This document shows, in pieces, positions 51,990-64,000 of a DNA stretch of 64,000 nt. Location of the stretch: assembly GCF_009914755.1 (NCBI RefSeq), contig NC_060935.1; one strand, 5' to 3'. The position numbers and the translations under genes were made by a program. The notes beneath the pieces are model-generated. The model was not told the DNA's origin, searched no databases, and was given only the letters and a program-made list of their open reading frames with translations. The stretch comes from the human T2T-CHM13v2.0 reference genome, Homo sapiens. Each line of letters begins with the position of its first letter. The first letter of the stretch is position 1.

Positions 51990-52490
51990 GGCTCAGCCGC
52001 TCCCTTCCCGTCCCTAGCAGTGGGGGAAGCCGCATGAGGAGGAGCGGCGTGGGAGCAAATGGAGGGGATCTGCTGGCGGGCCTAGTTTAGGCAAACAGCA
52101 GGGACTGCTGGCGACGGCTCCAGCCCCCACTCCCGCGGTAACAGCTGCAGTCCAGCTGCTGGCATCCCTGCTGGGGGAGCGTGCTAAACCTCTCCGGGGT
52201 CAGCACTGTGGTATGTCGGTTTCCATAGCAACCAGCCAACGGGCCACTTTCTCAGAACAATTCCCCTACTCAGCCGGGTTCTGGACTTAGCTCAGCCCAA
52301 GGGCATGTGGCTGAGGAGCAGCGCGGGAGGGGGAGAGCTGCCGAGGGCCAGACTGGGCCCCACAGAACGTGGCTATCTCAGTCCGGTCTTCGCACGGAGG
52401 GCGTGGAGCCGAGGATGAGCCATGCAGACTCTTCCGGCGCTGGCTCTCCCTGGCCTCTCTCTGTGCCACGCCGCCCCCACCACCCGTCCA
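51990..52490. promoter_or_regulatory. GC/CpG-rich regulatory element with an RFX X-box and paired E-boxes
   Basis: About 29 CpG in ~500 bp; GTTTCCATAGCAAC at 52219-52232; CAGCTG at 52142-52147 and 52153-52158. Confidence 0.6.
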
Positions 52491-53703
52491 CAGACTGGCC
52501 AGCTTGGCCCAGTTGGAAGAAGTGTCAGGTCTTTGTCTGAATCTGGAGAACAGCTGCCTTGGCTGGGTTCAGAGCTGGGAGGACAAAGTCCTGGAATGGC
52601 GTATAAGGGGGTGCGGGGAGGGGGCTTTTCCTGGCTTCCTTCTCCGCACCCTTCCATCCAGCTCTTGCAGGACCATGGGAATCCCAGTGACCTCAGGGGA
52701 TGGGGGGCTAATCAGTCCTCCCCCACATTTAGAGGGTGGGAGAGGATCACCTTTCTCAAGCCCCTACAAGAGTTAACTCCCTGAATCTGAGCAAGTTGGT
52801 GCCATCCCTGACACTGTTAGGAAAAGGGAATCCTTAGAGGTGAAGATCCATTATGGGAGCTACAAGGGACCTCCATCCATTTTCTGGATAAGGAACCGGG
52901 ACCCAGTGGAAAATGGATTGTCTGGGGGCCAGGATGGGTAGAGGCAGAGGGCGGCTGCTTCCCAACCCCTCTCCTCTCCTGGGCTGAGCTCACCGTATGT
53001 CCCCAGGAAACTGGATGATGCTAGAGCTCCTTCCCCAGATCCCTTGGAATGCAGCTCAGGCTATGGTGGGCCTGGGGTCCTGGGGAGTTTGTCACTGGAA
53101 GGGATTTCATTTTCAGAAAGGAGCCACTTGCAAATTGGGAAACTGAGGTCAGGGATAGTGTCTCTTTAGGCCTAATAACTGCAGGACTGGACGTTAGGGC
53201 TGGGACTTGGCTTCCTGAGAGGTCACCTGGTGGTCCCTGCTAAGACCTGGGAGGCGTAGAGCATTCTCGGGTGGGGTGGCGGGGCCGGGGGGCTGCCCAG
53301 CTGTCTTGATCTTCTACTCTGTGAAATTATTCCTCACTTTCAAGGGGCCTAGTTCTCCCTTCCCCACCCCCCATTCCTTTTACCCCCATCCCCTGAAAAG
53401 GAGGAGACAGATGTCCTTTCTTCCACACATCACAGCTGCAGCCAGACACAATTTCTCTAAGCCCTGGGAACAGGTGTGGAGTAGTTCTAAGCCCCCTAGG
53501 GATGTGGGGGACTCGAGAAGGCGGCCGATTTTAGAAGCTGCACGGGTTCCCATCCTCCCCTGGCCCCATCTGTGAAATGGGAGGACTGCTCTAGGTAAGC
53601 ACTTCCCAGAGTGGGCTCTGGGGGCGTAAAGAAAGTTCCAAAGCTAAGCCAGCTTGGGAAAGCCTGTGTGAACACCTTGTCTTAAAACAGTTACAGGGCT
53701 TAT

Positions 53704-53997
<294 letters not shown>

Positions 53998-56395
53998 TTA
54001 CAGGGCTCATTACAAGTTTAAAGACTTTAACTTAGGGCTTCCTAAACATGTATGACCAAGGCAAGCTGATTTCCGATTCAATGAACAAACCTCCCTGGCA
54101 AACACCGGCCTCTGCAAGAGGTTCCAAGGCCCTTCTCTCTCCGAGGTTCCTCTTCAGCACCCAGGATGCTCACGCCAATTCCTGCCACACACCTGACCCA
54201 CTCCTCCTTCAGTGGACGCATCCCTGACACTGTTCTCTGCCCCATGGCCTCTGCTGCCGCCTCACCCTGCTGGCTGCTCAGTTGTGCTTGGGTTTTCTCC
54301 ATCCCAGACCTTCAGAGAGCCTGAACAGAGGCAGGGGCAGTGCGGGGCTGTCACCCGGGTTTCTGAGGGGTCTAAGCCCCTCAGCTCAGCCCCCACCCCA
54401 ATGGTCCCCAGAGGGTTGCGGGTCATCTGTGGCTTTTCTGCTTCACAGGGTTGGGTAAGGGCTCTAGAGCAAGGAGAGAAGAAAATTCTGGCCACCAAGG
54501 ATCTCATCAGGAGGATCCTGAAGGGGGGAGCTTAAAGAGGAATAGGCGTTCCTCTCCTCACCGTCTAAACTCTCAGAGTAGTCACACCTCACATTCCGCA
54601 ACCCTCAAACTTCCCAAAGGCCCTGAGTGTGCATGACACCCGCCCATCAGGAGACAGCTGTGGTGTGGTGGAAAGCGTGTCAGCCATGGAGGAAACCTGG
54701 GCCCCCAGCTCCATAACTGGCCAGGTCTCTGCCCCGAGGCAGGTCACTTCACCCCTATGCACACTTACCAAATTTCTCAAAGAAAGGAATAGTTCCTTTC
54801 TCACTGGGTTCTCATCAGAGTTGAATGATATGATAAATGTGACAATGGCTGGCTTGGAAGAGTAGCTCAGAAAGCACGAGCAGAGAGGAATTCACCACCT
54901 CCTCCCCCGTCAGTGGTAAGATTTCTCTGATTTTAGGAGAGAGAAAACTGAGGCTCAGACAAGTTAAGTCACTTGCCCAAGGTCACACGGCCAGTCACCC
55001 CCAGTCCTTTGCCTTCCTGCTTTGCTTCATTTCCAAGAAGATGCCTCTGAGATGGGAGATGTTACACTGACTTTTGGGGGCATTTAGCCAGTGTGATGTC
55101 CTTGATTCTTGAACCTTTCATCCTCCCCACTAGTAAAATGCCTGCGAGACAGAGGCTGGAAGACAGCCCTGCTTTTCTGAAGGGGTGGGATTATGGATGT
55201 GTGGAGGCAGGAAGGGGGTATTAATTTTTGTGAAAATAACTTTTTAAAAATAAAAGTAGGCTTCTGCAGTAAGACAATCTCATTTCAGTTTGCAAAGAGC
55301 TCCTCCCAGTAAGAAGGGAGAACGTTTTCTCCTTACCTCCTCGTTCCTGGCCACGCAGACCCTCGATAGGCCCTGCCACCATGTCCCTCTCACTCTGCGT
55401 GTGCAGCCACAGGATGCTGAGCTGCTGTCCTTGAGCCCTTTCCTTACAGCAGCAAAACCAATCCACATGCAAGGTCTGGAGGTCAGGACGGGACTCACGG
55501 CTTCTTCCCTACTTCCCACCCAGGTTCTAAAGTCATTTTACTTAGCACAAGGAAATGAGGAAAGAACAGGGGGAAATGAGGAGAAAGAACAAGCATGCCT
55601 ATCATGCGCTCCACGTTGTGCTAGGGCCTTAGGAATGTGCCTTCGGCAAGCACTATATCTCCCTTTTGATTTTTCTGTGGAAAAATCTCCCTTTTGATTT
55701 CTCTGAGACAGAGGCTGTTTAGAGGCCATGAGAGGGAGGGGTTTTGTCCTTGCTATCATTGTCTGTTTCCGTCACCAGCCAAAGCACGGACCCTGATCGG
55801 TATCTCCATTTGGCTAACTCACCTTCTCTTCTGCTATGTCCTTTCCTCCCTCCATCATTTGAAAATTTCACAACCTGTGAGGTTGGGAAGCATAGGTAGA
55901 CGTTTGGTCAAGCTGGAACGACAGTTCTACCAAACTCCTCCCCTTGTGCTCATGTGTGTGTTCCCGTACCCACGTGGATCTAAGTCCTGTCCCGGGATAG
56001 TGCTCGTATCTGGAGTGAATGGAAGGGTCAGGAAGGATGTGCTTGTCCTGAAGGCTTGTAGAGGGAGGAGCTATCATGGCAGCCTCTCCTCCTGAGCTCA
56101 TTCAGGTGTTCCCTCTGCCTGGCTGGGCCATCTCTTTCCTTGCCCTTTCAGTAAGAGGCTGTGGAATTATGTGAGGGAGAGGAAGAAGCTACTGCTTAGA
56201 GGGATTCTGCTCTCCAGGCCTTAAGCTGGGGTGCTTTCTAGCTCCGCTCTTCTCGTTTAAAGGGATGGCCTGACTCCAGCAGGTATCTGGAAGTAAAAAC
56301 AACAAACAACCCCAAACATCTCCCAGCGCCAGACTGATAGCTCAGATTTCTACCACAGGTGAGATTTCCTGCTCATCTTTCTGATGGAGGAAGCC

Positions 56396-56475
56396 TGTGT
56401 GTGTGTGTATGCACGTGTGTGTGTGCATGTGTTGTGCATGTGTGCGCGTGTGTGTGTGCATGTGTGTGTGTGTGT
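56396..56475. repeat. Degenerate (TG)n repeat
   Basis: tgtgtgtgtgtgtatgcacgtgtgtgtgtgcatg... Confidence 0.85.
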
Positions 56476-58604
56476 TTTCTCTGCTGATTTATAGGCACTT
56501 TTTGGGTTGATAGATCTGTGAGGAAGAGTAGGAATGGAGTCAGGGAATTGTCTTCGATCAGAGGCCTGATGAGAACAAGGCGCTCATCAACACTGTTTAG
56601 GAAGGTGTTTTGTGCAGGAATTTGTGGCAAGTGATGGGAGGATGGTAGGGTGTGAGAAGAAGGGGGAAAATGCCACAGTATCTGACAACTTAAAACTCAG
56701 GGAGTCACAGAAATGTTGGGGCTTTGAGAAAACTTTGCCAACAACTCTCCTCTGAGGGTCTCTGGCCTGAGGTCACTGAGAATCTCAGGGAAAACAGGAG
56801 CAAGGACACAGCGGGCCCTCATGGGAGCAGATGCAGTCCTTTGGCCCACCTGCCCCTCCCTGCTCTCATCTCGGAAAACGTCGGCCCCCAACGCAGACAG
56901 GTCACTTGGAAACCAGGGAGTGGGGTTAAAAGCATCTCTCAACCCAATGTTCCCTTCCCCTTTCACATGCAGTATTTTGGGAACCGCGTGCTGTAGAAGC
57001 TGCATTGTAACAGTGGAAACATTTTAATTAAATGGGGAGACCTTAGGTCTGTCACATGACCTGGGTGTTCTCCTGTATAAAATGAAGGCTGATAACAGCT
57101 CCTTGACCGCTTCACAGGACTCTGGGGTCAAACGTGGCATGGGAAAGTGCTTTGTAAGGGAATTCAGATGTATAAGCTGTTCTTAGTAGGAGAGCAGTTT
57201 GCTCACCTGCTTAATGCTGGGGTTGGGGCAGGGCTGAAGCTGGGAGCTGGTGTTGGTGACTTCGGGAAGTTAGCTCTCCCTTGCTTCCAAGTCAATCAAT
57301 GCTGGCTTTCAGTGATATTATTGAAAGCATATAAAGCTGGTCTGGTTGGCCTTAGAATAAAAGCTTCTGAAGGGCAGGGGGGCCTGGGGCTGTGTGGGAC
57401 AGAAGTCTCTTGTTTCAAGAAGACATCAGTTCAGTGGTGGTATTCTGCCTGTGCCTGTGAGATCTGGGCTCGGACAAGCACTTTAAACCCACAAGTTGGC
57501 TGCATCATCTCTGAGAATTCCGTGACCCTTTCTGGGGTGGGGGCTGAGGAGGCCAGGAAATGGCTTTGGTCCCATTAGTCATTCTGGCGCCAGCAGCCCG
57601 ACAGCAATGGCTTCTCATAGGGGAGTTGGGGGAGATGCCCATGGCGGGAGGGTGCCATGGGGGTGGGGTGGAGGGCAGGGGGGCTGCTGTTCTCATGCCC
57701 CTTTTTACCTAGATGCTGCCAAAGGTGGTCCCTGGAACAGTGACCACAAAGTGTCTCATGGGAGGAAGAAGGATGAAAGAGATGGGAATTCTTGTAAATT
57801 TTTAATCTGAAAAATAAAGAAAGTGTGAATTAGAATTAATGCAGGTATTAAATATTTAAACTTTCTGTACTCACTTTCATTTTTAACATATTCCTTCCTC
57901 AAAAACCTCGATAACGCTTGTCAGATTTGTTCTCAAGATGTCCCCCTCTCTCCACCTCCCCCTAGGCCCAGCCCCAAAGTGAGACCGCAGGTATTCATCA
58001 TCCTGATGGAAATGCTCATTTTATTTCTCCTACAGGAACCATCTGATCTCTCTCTTTATATTTATGCTTTCTCTCTGTGGCAGTGTAAATAATTAATGCT
58101 GTTACAAACACATCCTATGCAAAATATATATTAGAAAAAATAACTCTTTAATTTGGCATGTCATTTAATTCCATTTTGTAATCATAGCACAGGGGCTACA
58201 ATTAATGCCAGGGCTGAGGAATCCAGCCTGACTGCTGACACTGGCAGAGGCACGACCAAGTCTCCTAGACTGAGGCCCTCTTGGACTCTCAGCTGTTTCT
58301 TCTTTGTGTGCTTTTGGTTGATGGATGGAGATGGTACCCACTGTCCAGGGCGAGGCTGAGAGTGAGTCTGGAAATGAAACAGGAAACTCACTTCTATCTT
58401 CAATAGAATGGGGCAAGGGTGGTCCAGGTCTCTTCAAGTGCACTTGGTAGCATTCATCCAAAAGGATGCTGGGACATTTAGATGTAGGACATTTGGTACA
58501 TCCTCACGGGGTCGGGGGCGGTTGTCCTTGGACTTTTGGGGAGTTCTCACAAGGATTGGCTTGGGGCACAGTAGCAAAGAGTTTCCTGGAAGTTGGGTTT
58601 TATG

Positions 58605-58700
58605 CATGCATTAATTTAACAAATATTTATTGAGTGCCTCATATGTGCCAGGTGTTGTTGTGGGCACTGGAGATACAACAGTGACTAAGACAAGGAATGA
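58605..58700 (-). mobile_element. L2 3' end
   Basis: ttaacaaatatttattgagtgcctcatatgtgccagg. Confidence 0.85.
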
Positions 58701-61029
58701 AGATGAAAATATCCAGTTTCTGAATATTCCACCATCGCCTCTGCTCATTCCTTTTTCCATTCAATGGTCTTTCTGGCTATCTTAAGGAATCCATCTATCA
58801 GAGCCATTGCCCCCTCAGGTTTTAAGAACTCTTGGCTAGTATTTGAATAACTCAGTGTTCCTGGATTTACCAATTCCTGTGAGTTTAGCACAACCTCGCA
58901 GATAAGATTGCAACTACCAGCAGCCCTCTCTCCCCTGGGAGGAATCCTACAAACCGAATGACTGGCATCGGCATTCCTTTCTCCTGGACTCCAGGTGTGG
59001 TCTTCCCTCTGCAGGTGGGTGAATGGCTCTTTTGGGAGACTGCAGGTCCTGCCATGACATGGTGTCTTGCACTGCTGATCCTGCCTCTATGTGTCATCTC
59101 AAGGGCCCAGACCTGGGGCTGAAGCCTTGGAGGTTTGAATTTCAGCTTTCATGTGGCATTTGTCAGCCTTTCCCCCTATTGAATATCTTCTGTAATTGTC
59201 CCACGCCTGGCGCCATTCAGTGTGTGTTCCCAAGCTAAAAAGCCCTCATTCACTTGTGGCTCAGGCTCTCATTAATTCTTTCATGGGGTGGAGAATAATG
59301 AGGGGACAGCTAATACACTCGAAAAAAAATTGATTTTGTAGTTAGCAATTTGCCACTCTTTGTTTGGAAAGCCAATGTGGACTCCTCAGCCTGTAATTCC
59401 ACTGAGGAGAAAATTTAAACAATTGGCACCCAGGCCCCAGCCCACCTTCCCAGAGAGGCTCTGATGCACTCTGCATTTCATGTTTCCCAGGATAGGATGG
59501 CGGGAGGAAACTTGGAAATCATCACGAGCACCCTGCTCTTCTCCCCTGACTCAGGCTCCTGGACCAGGGCCTGTATCAGGCATGGGCTGATTCAGGAGGT
59601 GGAGATCTGTCTGACTTGAAAGGCCTATGGGAGGAGTTTCCAGGCATCTCAGAGGCTCTTGATTGGCTAGGACCAAAGATGCTGAACCTTAGCTGCCTTG
59701 GGGGGTGACACAAGAAGTTCTGCAGGACTAACCCCTGTGACTCAACTTCTGTGTCTTTCATGGGGGCTGATGATCCTGTCTGTGGATTTGGAGGGAAGAT
59801 GTTTGAATGATTTCACAGTTCCCTGCCCCACCATCCCGTCCTCTCTGCTGGGATAGCCATGGGACTGAATTCTACCCAGACTCTAGTATATACTCTGGCC
59901 TTCCTTCTTAGGAAGGATTTAAGGAGCTCTGAGTTAGTTTTCAAACTTTGCTACAAGTCCAGCTTGGCCATTTTGCTCTGCTTTTAGAAAATGGGCTTTC
60001 ATCTTAGTAATACCAGATTTCCATTTGTACACCGTGTCAATCTGACAAGACACTCATAATCTCTTTCCGGACATCTCCATTGCTGAATTCTCCCTGAATA
60101 CAGTGTTCCATGCTCTCCTTTCTTGAATAGACTTCCTCCCATAATTTGCACCGGGGTTTCTTCCCTACCTCCATCCCAAGGCAGAGTGCATATTTGGGTC
60201 AGCTCTCAGCCCCACTCCTGTTTTCATTTGTTCATTCAGTATTTGCCATGCTGGCACTGTATCAGAGCACTCTGCTCACTTGGTTTTCAGAGGAGTCTCA
60301 GTTCCTGTGTTCCAGAAGACACTGATTTCAGTTCTGTCTAGACCTTCAATGTGTGTCCTGTCATGAAAATAGCAGAGTTGAGGGAAGGAGAGCAGCAAAT
60401 TGATGACTTTGTCAAGAAAAAAAAAAAATCCCCCAGGGTCCATAAGGAGCACCTCCTCCTTGGGCCTTGCTCCAGCTCATAGCCCAGATGTTTTTCCTGG
60501 CTCTGCTCAGCCCATGGTACCCAGAAATGATGTGACTCCATTTGGAGCCATTGATGAGCCAGACATACTGATGGGGAAGCCGCCTTTGCCCACCCCCGTG
60601 ACAGATGCATCATCGAGTCCCTTGGCTCTGTTAATAAAACCTGCCCTTGCTTTCCTAATGCCCTGTGCCTGCAGTGGCAGGGCCATAGACCTCTCAACGC
60701 TATAGCGACAAATCACAGAACACTATAAGCCCAGAGCCACTCGGTGCCTTTTATTAAACCTGACAAATATCCAATAACCCTGGCCTCATGCCTACTCTCC
60801 TACATCATTTGATACAAATTGCATGGAGGCTTGGAGGGAAGTGTTTCAAATGGGAACTAGAGTTGGTGATGACAGTCCTCCTGGCTGTGAAGGGTCGTGG
60901 GGGTGTGAGGAAAGCTCTCCAGGTGTTTTTCCATAAGTCTGTCTCAGCATGACTGATCCTGGATCCTTAGGTAATTGATTCGCTGGTGGAATGTCTGGCT
61001 CTCGATGAATCATGATAAATGGCATCTGT

Positions 61030-61210
61030 GAAGCTCTTTACCAATTGCTAAGCACAGGCACACATATTATCTCATTTAATGCTCACATCAACCCTGAGAT
61101 GAATGCTCTTGTCCCAGTTTCACAATTGAGAGGACAGAGATGCAGAAGGTTTGACTTGTTAAGGTCACATGATTAATATGGGACAACTGGGGCCCAAGCT
61201 CAGATCTTGA
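61030..61210 (-). mobile_element. MIR
   Basis: catattatctcatttaatgctcacatcaaccctgaga. Confidence 0.75.
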
Positions 61211-62329
61211 TTTTGTATCCCGTGTTCCTTTGACTTTCCATTTCCTTCCGTGCCCTCTCTCCCCTTCTCCCTCTGTAACATGGAGGATTTGGGCCTTGTT
61301 CTACCCAGGACCTGGAGTAAGGATTAAAGGGATGTTCTTTACGCTTTGATCGTGTCGCGTAAAGAGGGCACAGGGACAGCTCTCCCACTTCCTCCAAGAG
61401 GAACAGCCGCCTTCTTTGTGGGGTTTCCCCTTCTTTATTTTTCCCACGGACTCCCAGTGCCTCACAGGTCCCGGTGTGAACAGGAGAGGAGCAGCAATGA
61501 ATCAGTGCTTTTTTGAAGCTGTTTTCCAGAAGCGAGAGAATTGACTTCTCCGCCTGCCTCACCACGCCTTGTTTCAGGCAGTGACAGAAGCAGCATTGAG
61601 CACTGACTGTCGGGTCTGGCCGAAGCGCAGGGAGAATGGCCTGCAAGGGGAGGCAGCCAAAGCCCCTACTGTCACTGCCCATCACTCAAGAGCTTAAGCA
61701 GCCAGCTTCCTGCACCAGTCTTGGGTTGAAGAAAACTTGCAGTCTGCCTGCCTAAAAGCCCGCCCAGTCCAGGGTGAGAGGCCGCTTGTCAGGCCCGGAG
61801 AGACTGGCTGTGCTGGTCAGGAAGGCAGCCTGTGAATGAGCACACTCCCCAGGCAGGCTCAGAGTTCAGGGATGGGTGTTTACCTTTGCAGCCCACTGTG
61901 CTTCTCGCCACTTGAAATTCTACTAAGAACCCAGAGGAGCAGCTGAAAATATCCCAGGTTATATGAAAATGAATGAAGGCTCAGCAAACAGAGCCCAGCT
62001 TCTGAGCAAACAGCTGAAAAGGCAGGCGGCAAAACAAGAAAAGGGGAGAATGCAAAAGGAGGATGGGCAGATGGGAGAAGGAGGGAAGGTGGACCGAGGG
62101 GCAGGAGGAGGCGGGTCAGAGCGAGGGCTCTGGCTTGTCTTCTGTCCTGGAGATGCCTCTGCTACCCACCTCCCTATGGGGTGAGGAAAGCAGTGCCAAG
62201 AAAAAGGTTCTCAACTTTGGGCTGGATGGAGAGACTTTTTGGGGAAAATGCCTTGTGGTTTTGTGAGTTCTATGGTATTTTTCTACAGTGAAGGGAAGTT
62301 GGAAGTGAGGGTAGGTCTGGGCACTTTGC

Positions 62330-62480
62330 CTTCCTAGGAGTTAGGAGGCCTGGGTTCCAGACCCAGCAGTCATGGTGTGACCTTGGGCAACACCCCATGT
62401 TTGTGAGTACAGTTTCCTTATTGGCAAAATGAGAAAGTTTGACTAGACCACGTCAGGGGGATCCTTTTAGCTCTAACATT
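62330..62480 (+). mobile_element. MIR3-like fragment
   Basis: gtgtgaccttgggcaa...ttgactagacc...ccttttagctctaacattcta. Confidence 0.7.
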
Positions 62481-62769
62481 CTATAGTTTTTGTTTTGTTT
62501 TGTTTTGTGTTTTGCTTTTACCGTAACTGACAAAGACTTGGATACATATTTGACTACTGTTGAGCTGTGCTAACCACCTTTGGAAGCTTATCTTCCGAGA
62601 CACATGGACACGGATGGTCATGTGAGCAGGAACCAGCAGAATCAGGATCTTCTTGGATATTGTGAGTGAGGCCAGGCTGGGGCCAAAGACGTAGCTTCCT
62701 GCCAACAGTGGTGAAGGTAGTATCACACTGGCTCTGGAACCACAGGTTAGAGTTGGAGGACCTCATATT

Positions 62770-62980
62770 TATTACTTAGTGTGTATTCTGTGCCTAAAGC
62801 TGTGCTAAGTACTTTGCATTTATTCTCTCATTTACTTTTATACCAATGCTTTGAGCTAAGGCTTATTATTATCCTACTCTTATGCCTCAGAGCAATAGAG
62901 TAACTTGCCCATGGTCACATAACCTAGATGTCACCCAGACCTGAATGATGCAGGGGGTCCACACTCCTAACCACTGCACC
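62770..62980 (-). mobile_element. MIR
   Basis: gctgtgctaagtactttgcatttattctctcattt...gtaacttgcccatggtcaca. Confidence 0.75.
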
Positions 62981-63659
62981 ACACATACTTTCAGAACCTT
63001 ATGGTCTCGGGAAAGACATGATGAGCCTGAAGGGTAAGGGATATCGAGCTCCACATCCCAGCTCGCTGAGGGGTTGTGTTCCCTCCGCAGAGCACAGAAC
63101 GGAGTCCCTATATATGAATCCTTTGCCTCTGCGGTGCCAGCCCCTGTGCAGAGGTGCCCTGCCAGCTCATATCAGACAGCAACTCATGAAACCGTGGCCT
63201 TTTGTTTGTTTTGTTTTTCACCTTTTATAGACTAGAGAACAAACTGTGCAGCAGCCATAGTGCCAAGAAGGCAGGCAAGGATGCGTGAACAAGGAACACA
63301 CGGGGATGGAACATGTCGGCTGCAGCTAGGAGGACTTGACCTGAGGCTGGGGGCTGGAGCAGGCCCAGGCCAGGACGCTGGGCCATGGCCTTTGTCTACT
63401 CTCTTAGATGCTAAGCCTCCTCGTAAAATATTCTAGGACCTTGGAAGGCTGAATGACCACCTGTGAGGAATGTTGGAATAAATGGGAACTCTTGCTGTAG
63501 GTGGAAAGTCAGATCAGGGGCGGTAGGATAACACCCAACTCCAAGTTGCTGCACATCCATGTGCATCTATTATGTGCTGATTATGAGCCTGGTGTGGCAG
63601 CAGGCCCAGTCCCGGGGTGCAGAGATAAGTAAGACAGCACATCTAGCCATAAATCGCTT

Positions 63660-64000
63660 CCTTCAGGAAGGCAGTCAACAAATGCTAGATGCCTACTGTG
63701 TGCAAGGCTTTATTGTAGGTTCAGAGAATAGTGCTGAACAAGACAAGGGTCCCTGCCATCAAGGATTTCATATTCTAAGTAGGGAGGAGTAGAATGAATA
63801 AACAAGGAAGCAACCATGGAAATAAGAAAATGTTAGGTCCTGACGAATGCTGGGAAGAAGGTAAAGCAGGCTCTGGTGGGAGAGTGTCTGGGCTGGGTGT
63901 TGGGGAGGGCTCTCTAAGGATGGGATATTTGTACTGAACCTGATGGTTGAGAAAGTGACAGCCATGGGTAGATGGGAGGGAGAGCATCTCAAGCAGAAGG
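63660..64000 (-). mobile_element. L2 (runs off the window end)
   Basis: caacaaatgctagatgcctactgtgtgcaagg...gaacaagacaagggtccctgcc. Confidence 0.8.

Noticed and set aside
54153-54172. REST/RE1-like TTCAGCACCCAGGATGC (weaker versions at ~23600 and ~52200)
   Set aside because: Only the left half-site matches; GGACAG is absent
56566-56589. CTGATGAG...CTCATCA hairpin resembling a hammerhead core
   Set aside because: No GAAA after a stem II and no stems I/III; the other CTGATGA sites I checked also fail

Overview
Primate genomic DNA, very probably human or another catarrhine (AluJ, AluS and AluY copies are present). I find no protein-coding exon, tRNA, rRNA or recognisable small RNA gene. The supplied ORFs are short and overlapping, and trace to Alu/L1 remnants, dinucleotide repeats or low-complexity sequence. 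The window reads as a gene desert or very large intron, and I cannot name the locus from sequence alone. It is a mosaic of about 13 Alus plus old MIR, L2, L3/CR1, L1M, MaLR and hAT/Tigger fossils. Between these sit about a dozen repeat-free blocks rich in homeodomain (TAAT/P3), PBX-HOX, POU, SOX, FOX, TCF and RFX motifs, some with unusual CpG retention, which resembles the enhancer landscape of a developmental gene (inference). The clearest structural oddities are: a 104-bp ungapped templated copy of unique sequence inserted into an L1 fossil 1.33 kb from its donor; a 27-bp tandem duplication that duplicates a strong 3' splice acceptor; a multi-layer nested transposon stack; and an AluSp/FLAM tail-to-tail inverted pair. 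I found no convincing evidence of a wholly novel biological system. Repeat subfamily names and boundaries come from recalled consensus sequences and are approximate. All counts are by hand.
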